Assembly (NCBI GenBank): GCA_964016885.1
Contig: OZ024750.1
Span: forward strand, 4,092,001 to 4,156,000
Direction: 5' to 3'
DNA from: Eledone cirrhosa
Lineage: Eukaryota
Length of the DNA: 64,000 nt
In this document: positions 39,988 to 49,722 of the stretch, one piece after another
Numbering within the stretch: position 1 is the first letter of the stretch
Layout: each line of letters begins with the position of its first letter
The notes under the pieces: model-generated
The model's database searches: none
The model's input: only the letters and a program-made list of their open reading frames with translations
Told to the model about the DNA's origin: nothing
Translations under genes and position numbers: made by a program

Positions 39988-41857
39988 CACATACACACAC
40001 AACTGTAGTATTTTATATCAGGTAAATACACTAATTAATCTAATTAATAGCACTAAAGAACATACAGATTAACTTGCGAACTCTTTAACAATTACTTGTT
40101 TTCAACGACCACTATAATTTACTTTCTTTTAAGTATAGGGTATATAAATATCTTTAGTTTGTCTCTTCAGTACTCTTGAGAAAGTCTTCTATTTTTAAAC
40201 CAACTACAGCCTTTGGGAGATTTCCAATTTTAGAACAAAATTATACCTGATTGTTTTATTCTGGTATTTGTACACTGTTTGTTGTGACTTATTTTCCTAC
40301 AGCAAATTCTTTTTTATCCATTCATGTGAGTAAGTAAACAAATTTGTTTGACGTAGTTTAACTCTTAACATCCTCTAACAATTTAGCAAAAAATATCTAA
40401 AAACGGATTTGTCAATTCACATATATCTTTACTAGTGGACAAATTGTTGTGAACATTTGCAATAAACTAAAGCAAAAGATTTTAATTTTTAATGTGATGT
40501 AGTTATAATTGTTTTTACTTTAGGCACAAGGCCAGCAATTACCCAGTACATTACTGGTACTTTATTTTATCGACCCCGTAAGGATGAAAGTGATGTAGTT
40601 ATAATGTTGTTTGATACTTTTCAACAATGCCTTGCCAATGTGGTTTCAGGTGGTACAGTATGTTAAGAGTTAAGATGGTATTTATAACAACAGAACAAAA
40701 GGTTCTTATATGAAATTATTATGGAAGGTTTTTGATATATAATAATGAAATAATAATTTTTTCTACTTTTGGTATAAGGCCAGCAATTATCCAGTGCATT
40801 ACTGGTACTTTATTTTATCGACCTTGTAAGGATAAAAGGCACAATTAACCTCGATGGGATTTGAACTCAGAATGCAAAGAGCCATAACTCTATGCTGCAA
40901 AGCATGGCTTCCGATCCTCTATCGATACTGCCAATCCTCTGCCATTAATAATGAAAATTATTATGTACAGTACTCAGGTGCACTATCTATTGTTTTCAAT
41001 ATGGAGAGAACAGATATTTGGTACTACTGTGATCTAACATTTTGCAGGAAACTGTATCTGGTTCTATGATACAAAACTGCTTGTTTTAAAGTTTATATTT
41101 ATCAAAAAACATTCTATCATAAATTTTAATTGAATTTATGCCTACATAATTGGTGAAAATGTATCTGTGGTAGTGTTAAACCAAGTAATAGATTAAGTTC
41201 ATCACCTAAGTAGGTCACAACAGGATTTGAATTTAGAATGCTAAGAGCTGGAACAAAAACAAATACTGCAAGGCATTTTTCCCTACACAGTAATGACTGG
41301 TAATTTCCCATGTATCATTTAGGAAAGCATGGAGTCTAAATATGTTGTGTATTGTAGTCTAATGTATTGGAAGAATTTAATGGCTTAATGGCTAGTAATA
41401 AAAAGAAGGTATTTAGTTGTAAAAACAAAACACTAAAAATATTAATTTATTTAGGTTGTTTGAACTAATTCTAGCTAAAATCTATTTTATCCATGTTGTT
41501 ATAAAAACAAGAACCCCCTCCCCCACAAAAAACCCCTAAACCCAAACCAAATCAAAACAAAAAAACTCTTCAATTAAATCTCAATTTAGAATTGCGAAAA
41601 GTTGGATAATAATAATATCCTATTTCGAAAATTATTCCTAAAACAGCCGATTCATGTATTTTCTTCCAACTCTTTGCATAAGACTCAGAATTATATACTT
41701 TAAATGGTATTAAAAGATGGAGTCCAAATTCTCAAAAGACCAACAGGGGTGAGATAAATATGTAACCATTGAACCTATGTAAGGTTTTAGTAGTTTCTTT
41801 AACTAACTTTGTATTGCCTTTAAAATGGAACCTACATATTTTAAAATTCTAAATCTT

Positions 41858-42175
41858 AAGAGTCACTCCAGGTAGAGCTGCTACTTTTCTGAATTGAGAG
41901 ATCATAGCTCTTATACTGTAGACATGTGGTTAGAATATATCAGGAAAGAATTGCTGGACAGATTTGTAGTTCGGAGATCAGAGAGTTACTCCAGGTAGAG
42001 CCGCTACTTCTCTGAATTGAGAGATCACAGTTCCAGTACTACAACCATGTGGTTAGAATGTCTCAGGAAAGAATCTCTGGACAGATTTTACGGGCAAAAC
42101 CAGCTGGAAGGAGGCCAAGGGGTAAACCCCGAGCAAGATAGTTGGATAACATCCATGACCTTGGCTGGTCTCGCA
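41858..42175 (+). mobile_element. RTE-clade LINE fragment with internal ~110-bp tandem duplication
   Basis: actccaggtagagc..gagagatca..catgtggttagaat..caggaaagaat..ggacagattt occurs twice. Confidence 0.8.
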
Positions 42176-42647
42176 AGTTATTGATATACTGACCCCACCC
42201 CCACACTACCCTTCCCCGAGACAATAGAATAAATAGACTGTAGGTCAGAGACTTACCAATGGCACACACTGGCTACTATGCTTTCACCCCAACTCCCACC
42301 TCAACACTCCCCCACCCACAGTTAATTAGGTCTCCCAGGTAATGGACACTGAGTTTCTTGTAGGGAGCTCCTGTGAGTATTTACAAGAATGTATATTATG
42401 GGTGTTGATACTGCCAATTACTTTACTGTGCATCAGTTATGCAGTATTTTCCCCCTGTTAGTCTGCTGGACATTTCACTGCATTTATTGCACACATAGTT
42501 TATATAAGGTGCACTATAATGAAGTTCCTCATAGTCCTGCTATTTCTACATATCAAGCATGACCCCTTCCTATATGACAGTACTATCATGTCTTCTACAT
42601 GGACACTCACACAAAGTATGTTTGTATACAGCAAACACACACACACG

Positions 42648-42682
<35 letters not shown>

Positions 42683-42802
42683 AAGTTGACGGGACTAGCA
42701 TGGGTTTCACAGGGGCTCGACAGCTGAACTCTTGCTGTCTCAACAGCAAGTTCCATCTAGCTCTTGAAATGGCAAGAGCTCAGTCATCGGGGTCCTGACT
42801 CT

Positions 42803-42841
<39 letters not shown>

Positions 42842-42980
42842 ATAATAATAAATTTGAAGACTAAAATCCAAAGAGGGCTCGATAAGGATAAATATATATC
42901 AAATATGATTACCTTCGAATGAAACAGTTCTAGTCCTGTAGAAGCCATTTCTATATTAAATGTGTTTATATATATATATA

Positions 42981-43175
42981 GAACAGATAAGGTGTGGTAA
43001 AAAAACCAGGTGGACCATACCCAACCAGAGTACTCAATACTTGGGGTAGTAGAGTGGGTAATATGAAAAGATTCAGGACTCCAATGGCTGAACTCTGGCC
43101 GTTTCAACAACTTGATCCGATCTAGCTGCTAAAATGGCCGGAGCTCAGCCATTGGAGTTCTGAATCTTTTCACAT
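42981..43175 (+). repeat. (TA)n-embedded cassette B copy (hairpin 43061-43175)
   Basis: Same leader (ccagagtactcaatacttggggtagtagagtgggtaata) and inverted arms. Confidence 0.8.
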
Positions 43176-43379
43176 ATATATATATAAATGTATATACATA
43201 TATATATATATATATATAGAATAGAAAATGAAAAATCAGTGATGCATCTGAACTCAATTTATTGTGTGTTACAATTGTTTCCCTGACGGACAGCTCGAGA
43301 CGCGTTCATTGTATGGATCTGTCTGATTCTGGACCCGCAAGTTCGACGGACACGTCTAAAGCATCTTAGCTACCATCAG

Positions 43380-43412
<33 letters not shown>

Positions 43413-44134
43413 GCTATAGATAGATAACATACACATATGAAGTTACATATGTATTAATATATTGTTCGTTATTGTTGAGATGAAGTTAATTGAGATGGAG
43501 AGTTAATTTGTTCCACTGGAATGACCAATAGTTTCAGCTTTCATTATTAGTTTCTTGTTATGTAAAGCTAATTTATGAAATTATCTCTGCAGCTATCTGC
43601 TGCATTTGCTGCACTAAAAATACTCGATACAACAAAATTAATATCGTCTTCTAAACAGGAGCAAAAAAAAAAAAACTGAAAAAAAAAACCACGAAGAAAA
43701 GAAAACCTGAACCCCCAAAAAATCAATCTCCATTGCTATATTTCTGCCTCACCCCCTCACATATAATCTCACTTCCAACCTTCACTCCACCCACATCATA
43801 TTACATAAGAATATTTAGATGTTTGCTTCCTCCTTCTCCTCATTATTATTGGCAGTATCGGTAGAGGGTCGGACGCCATTTTTGCAGCAAAGAGTTACAG
43901 CCCTTTATGGTCTGAGTTCAAATCCCGCCGAGGTTAACTTTGCTTTTCATCCTTACAGGGGTCGATAAAATAAAGTACCAGTAATACACTGGAATAGTTG
44001 CTGGCCTTGTGCCAAAAGTAGAAACAATTATTATTATTATTATTATTATTATAGTGGTGGATTGGCAGTTTCGGTAGAGTGTCGTCAGGGCAATATGCTT
44101 TACAGCATAGAGTTATGGCTCTTTACATTCTGAG

Positions 44135-44612
44135 TACTGCTGGTGCCACGACCCAGTCCACCCTGTAAGGTGGTAGTGCTGGTGCCACAACAAAAAGCAC
44201 CTAGTTCACCCTGTAAGGTAGTAGTGATGGTGCCACAACAAAAAGCACCTAGTTCACTCTGTAAGGTGGTAGTGATGGTGCCACAACAAAAAGCACCTAG
44301 TTCACTCTGTAAGGTGGTAGTGATGGTGCCACAACAAAAAGCACCTAGTTCACTCTGTAAGGTGGTAGTGATGGTGCCACAACAAAAAGCACCTAGTTCA
44401 CTCTGTAAGGTGGTAGTGATGGTGCCACAACAAAAAGCACCTAGTTCACTCTGTAAGGTGGTAGTGATGTGCCACAACAAAAAGCACCTAGTTCACTCTG
44501 TGAGGTGGTAGTGATGGGGTGCCACAACAAAAAGCACCTAGTTCACTCTGTGAGGTGGTAGTGATGGTGCCACAACAAAAAGCACCTAGTTCACTCTGTG
44601 AGGTGGTAGTGC
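44135..44612. repeat. 48-bp minisatellite, about 10 copies
   Basis: Unit gatggtgccacaacaaaaagcacctagttcactctgtaaggtggtagt. Confidence 0.95.
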
Positions 44613-46294
44613 CAGAGTCATGATAAAATACACCCAGTCTTACATGTTTCAAGTCGAAATTCTGTTGTGATCACTTTGTCTTTTATGCTTTCATATACGA
44701 CAAAATAAAGTACCAGTCATATACTGTGGTTGTTATAAAGCACAATGACCTTCCCCACTCCCACACGCTGCAAGATTTGAGGCACTGGGCCTTTGTCATC
44801 ATCATCATCATGTCTGCTTTTGCCAGCTTGCAAGGGTGGGACGGGAACTGATTCTGGCTTGATTTCTACAGCTGGATGCCCTTCCTAACACCAACCTCAT
44901 TTACAGTGACTGCTAGGTGCTTTTTTTCCATGGTGCCTCCACGACCACTTTACAGTGGAATGCTAGGGACCCCAGTCCCCTATCATCTCATTTCTACAGC
45001 TGAGTAAACTGGTCAGAAATCAATATTTATATTATTTCAACTAATGCCATTTACACAGACATTCCATAATCATTAGCACTGCCATCTTTCACAATACTGC
45101 TAACACTAACTCCCACACTCCACCACCACTATACCACCCTCACTCTCACACCCCCACCTCCCACCCATACCACTCCTCACTCCTCCCACACTCCACCACC
45201 ACCCCACCACCACTACACCCCCCCTCGCCCCCCCACCATACCGCTCTCACTCTCAACCACCACCATGACCACCACTATACCGCCCTCACCCTCACTCCCC
45301 ACTATATACCACTCTCACTCACCACCACCATGACCACCACCACTATACCGCCCTCACCCTCACCTCCCACTCTCTCTCCTCACTATTACCACCACCACCA
45401 TACTCTCCAACACTACCACAACCATACCACCCCCATCACCAAAACTACCACCTCTCCTCCCACCACAACCATACCCCCACCCCACCTCCACCCCACCACT
45501 AAAATACCCAGACACTCCACCCATACAAATATTCCCACTCCATATGGTAATGAAAACCTAACATATTTGATGACAGGCCAAATAATAATAAACCACAGAA
45601 GTAGATCATCACTTTCCATTCAGCTCTTCTATTTTATTGCATCTCTATCTTTATTTCATTTTAGTATTTATTTTGCCCTTCCTCTTCTATGGGTTGCCCT
45701 TCCTCTTCTATGTGTTTTTAAGTCACGGCTGTGACTTTGCCCTTCCTCTTCTATAGGTTTATAAGTCGTGGCTATCACTTTGCCCTTCCTCTTCTGTGGG
45801 TCTATAGGTACCCTATCTATCTCAGCTTGCCCTGTTGTTGTTTCTGTCACCCAGTCAGACATCATGTACTAATTAAGTAACTAGTAGTAGTAGTAGTAGT
45901 AGTGTTGTCTAGTAACATCTCTCCTCCTACAGCTGATTATTACAGTGATATTCTTCTACTACTACTACTACTACAACTACTACTACTACTACAGGCATTT
46001 GAATTATTATTATTTGTAGTAGTAGTAGTAGTAATAGTAATAGTAGTGGGTATGGAAGAAGAAAAAGAAAAAAAAAAGAAAAAAAAGAAAAAAAAAGAAA
46101 AAAAAGAAAAAAAAGAAAAAAGAAAAAAAGAAGAAAAAAAAGAAAAAGAAAGAAAAAAGAAAAAAAGAAGAAAAAAGAAAAAAAGAAAGAAAAAAAAGAA
46201 GAAAAAGGAAAAAGAAGAAGTAAAAGTAGAAGAAGAACTAGTGTAGAACTGCAACAAGGGTGTCTTCTTATATACTTTTCATCACTATAATCAG

Positions 46295-46328
<34 letters not shown>

Positions 46329-46369
46329 CGATATTAAACAAATGGAAACTATATTTATAAAACCATATT

Positions 46370-46435
46370 TATTTCATTATACATATTTCGGGGATACCAT
46401 ATTAAAAATATGGCATGCCTTCTTCAGATAAAATA
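46370..46435 (-). ncRNA. Type I minimal hammerhead ribozyme motif, identical inverted copy (sense to the NELL pre-mRNA)
   Basis: Exact reverse complement of 47189-47254. Confidence 0.75.
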
Positions 46436-47188
46436 CAATATATAAACAGTTTTATAAATAATTTTGACGTACCATAAATATTGATCAACTTTTATGTAAG
46501 AAGTTGGTTTGGTAGTGAAATGTTTATAAATATTTAGTGTTAAGCACAGTTAAATGTCTATGTCTCATTCATGAATATTGATATTTACATTATAATACCC
46601 AATTCATATGAATTGATAATTCAAATTGATAGGACATAACGTAAAGATGTAAATCTATCATCCCTCTCTCTAGATATAGCTCTTTCTTCTCCTCCCTCTT
46701 TATATTTGATGAAGTCTAAGTATCGGTTATTTTAACTTTGCCTCGAGTTTCTCTCGTTTTCTCTCTTACTTCTCTCCTATTTCTCTCACCTCCCCATATA
46801 TAATAATTATTATTATTTGGTCTACCTCTTTTTTCCCCCCACCTCTATCTTTCTCTCTCTCTCTGTTTTCTCTTCATTTTTTATTTCTCTCCGTCTCCTT
46901 AACACTATAACTAAATCTCTCAATTTGTATGATGAATTATTATTATTCATCTGTTGCCTCAGCTGCCTCTCTTTTTTTTTCACCTCCTCACTATTTCTCT
47001 CTCCCCTATCTCTCTCTATTTCTCTATGTTTTTCTTTACATACATTTCTTCTTTTTCTCCGTCTTTCTTTTTAACTGTGCTTAACACTAAATATTTATAA
47101 ACATTTCACTACCAAACCAACTTCTTACATAAAAGTTGATCAATATTTATGGTACGTCAAAATTATTTATAAAACTGTTTATATATTG

Positions 47189-47254
47189 TATTTTATCTGA
47201 AGAAGGCATGCCATATTTTTAATATGGTATCCCCGAAATATGTATAATGAAATA
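47189..47254 (+). ncRNA. Type I minimal hammerhead ribozyme motif (Penelope-type)
   Basis: Stem I tattttat/atgaaata; core CTGAAGA (47197-47203); stem II containing atgccatatt/aatatggtat; GAAA (47235-47238); self-complementary stem III ATATGTAT; predicted AUA cleavage after 47246. Confidence 0.75.
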
Positions 47255-47384
47255 AATATGGTTTTATAAATATAGTTTCCATTTGTTTAATATCGTATAT
47301 CTACTCCAAAACTTGTTGAGTGCTTTATATCAGTTATAAAATATTTACTTGTTGTAACCCAACAATTTTAAATAAAACTTTTGC

Positions 47385-47415
<31 letters not shown>

Positions 47416-47577
47416 CAATACATATATATATACATATATATACATACAATACATATATATATACATACAATACACATATATATATACATACAATATATAT
47501 ATATATATACACACACTGATGCAGGAAGAAAGAGTTTCTAGCAATGACATTACTCGAAATTGAGTTGCAGCCATCAT

Positions 47578-47620
<43 letters not shown>

Positions 47621-47939
47621 TCATATAAGTATGTATGTATGCACGTATGTGTGTATGTATATATGTATGCATATATATGTATGTATATATGTATGTATAT
47701 ATATATGTATATGTATATATGTATGCATATATATGTATATATGTATATGTATATATGTATGCATACATATATATGCATATATATATGTATGTGTATGTAT
47801 ATATATATGTATGTATATATGTATGTATGCATATATATGTATGTATGTGTATATATATATATGTATATATGTATGCATATATATGTATGCATATATATGT
47901 ATATATATATGTATGCATATATATGTATATATATATGTA

Positions 47940-47973
<34 letters not shown>

Positions 47974-47975
47974 CA
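47385..47975. repeat. (TA)n/(TG)n/(TATG)n compound microsatellites
   Basis: Directly visible. Confidence 0.9.
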
Positions 47976-48065
47976 TGGGCCCATGTGACCAATAAAGAAA
48001 AGATTATCATTATTTTCTTGTGCATAGGGGAAACATCTAGATAACATATTGGCTTGCTTACCTAC

Positions 48066-48188
48066 CTGTGAGTCTAATGGCTGGCGTTATGTTATTAGGT
48101 CCGGTAATGTACTGAAATCCAGGAGTTTGTGTTCTTTCTAGCAACGGGATCAAATCCAACACGTCTCCTTCGTGATTTGTGCTTTTTG
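48066..48188 (-). CDS. NELL: NELL-like exon (123 nt, phase 1-1): [40 protein letters not shown], start of TSPN domain
   Basis: ttcttcttttacag acceptor, G/gtaggt donor, open frame, phase fits the next exon. Absent from the ORF track. Confidence 0.85.
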
Positions 48189-48282
48189 CTGTAAAAGAAG
48201 AAAAAAAGTAACAATCATAATCGTTTCTAGGTCAGCAAATGTTTAGTGAAGTATATTTCATTAGAAATATGTTAATTAAACG

Positions 48283-48897
48283 GTAAAGTGGTCATGTAGG
48301 TGTCACAACAGAAAGTATCCAGTCCAAACTGTAAAGTGGTCATGTAGGTGTCACAACAGAAATATCTAGATCACACTGTAAAGTGGTCATGTAGGTGTCA
48401 CAACAGAAATATCTAGATCACACTGTAAAGTGGTCATGTAGGTGTCACAACAGAAATATCTAGATCACACTGTAAAGTGGTCATGTAGGTGTCACAACAG
48501 AAAGTATCCAGTCCACACTGTAAAGTGGTCATCTAGGTGTCACAACAGAAATATCTAGACCACACTGTAAAGTGGTCATGTAGGTGTCACAACAGAAAGT
48601 ATCTAGATCACACTGTAAAGTGGTCATGTAGGTGTCACAACAGAAATATCTAGATCACACTGTAAAGTGGTCATGTAGGTGTCACAACAGAAATATCTAG
48701 ATCACACTGTAAAGTGGTCATGTAGGGTGTCACAACAGAAAGTATCTAGATCACACTGTAAAGTGGTCATGTAGGTGTCACAACAGAAAGTATCTAAATC
48801 ACACTGTAAAGTGGTCATGTAGGTGTCACAACAGAAAGTATCTAGACCACACTGTAAAGTGGTCATGTAGGTGTCACAACAGAAAGCATCTAGACCA
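48283..48897. repeat. 47/48-bp minisatellite, about 13 copies
   Basis: Unit cacactgtaaagtggtcatgtaggtgtcacaacagaaa(g)tatctagat. Confidence 0.95.
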
Positions 48898-49357
48898 AAG
48901 GTTCTCAACGGGGGGCATATGCACCCCCGGGGGGCGTTTTGGAACTCCAGGGGGCGTTTGGGGGGCGCTGGAAGGCTCTTTATTTTGGTAAGTTTTATAA
49001 GCCATATTTGTTTGTCTTTGAGACAGCCAATGTGAATGCATTTGAATGAGCTTGCAGAAAGCATAACTATAGTCTGACCGCAGCTGTGAGCAGGTGTGCA
49101 GGCATGTCCGGTAATATCGAAATCTATGAGATTTTGATATTTATTTTGAGAACAATGCCTTAACATCAGTATAGGTGGCTGGTTACAGCCGGTTTGAATA
49201 GAAAGAGGTGAGAGAATTCTGGCTGGATATGGCCGGTTTAAATGAGAAATTGTTTTAACTGGTATTTGAAAGTACAGCATCATGTCCTGTTCAATACTTT
49301 TACAATAATATACTTTTGCAACACTTTTACAACCACCACTTTGTCTTTTGAAAGTAC

Positions 49358-49722
49358 TCTATAACAACATAACAATACTATATAACCATACTATATAACA
49401 ACATAACAATACTATATAACCATACTATATAACAACATAACAATACTATATAACCATACTATATAACAACATAACAACACTATATAACAGTACTATATAA
49501 CAATATAACCATGCTATATAACAATACTATATAACAACACTATATAACAGTACTATATAACAACATAACACTATATAACAGTACTATATAACAGTACTAT
49601 ATAACAATATAACCATACTATATAACAATATAACAATATTATATAACAGTACTATATAACAATACTATATAACTATATAACAACACTTTATAACAATACT
49701 ATATAACCATACTATATAACAA
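49358..49722. repeat. Degenerate 13/8-bp satellite (aacaatactatat)n
   Basis: Repeated tactatataac and aacataac units. Confidence 0.85.

Larger units (their letters stand above)
46324..47300. mobile_element. Non-autonomous Penelope-like element with perfect 231-bp inverted repeats
   Basis: 46324-46554 is the reverse complement of 47070-47300; each arm holds a hammerhead motif; 515-bp pyrimidine-rich interior without a credible ORF; left end abuts (TA)n. Confidence 0.65.
1164..48188 (-). other. NELL: NELL1/NELL2-like gene (partial): ten coding exons, TSPN/LamG - coiled coil - VWC - VWC - EGF
   Basis: Ten minus-strand exons with AG/GT boundaries and matching phases join into a 1224-nt open frame. 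Motifs LEIESSGRRNELR, LADNHWHKLALS, GALQDVKIV..GYLIQCP, CPTC, two VWC and one EGF occur in NELL domain order. First and 3' exons not located. Confidence 0.92.

Noticed and set aside
44100-44511. ORFs with 16-aa Cys-containing repeats (also 48702-49283, 18928-19305, 60545-60936)
   Set aside because: Result of tandem units whose length is a multiple of three; derived from SINE or MITE sequence and broken by indels.
45110-45545. C-rich tract as telomeric repeat or Pro/Thr-rich exon
   Set aside because: Irregular (CAC/CCA)-derived low-complexity sequence with no fixed telomere unit or splice support.
46555-47069. Residual RT or GIY-YIG coding sequence inside the hammerhead element
   Set aside because: Only low-complexity F/L/S frames from CT-rich DNA; no recognisable motif by eye.
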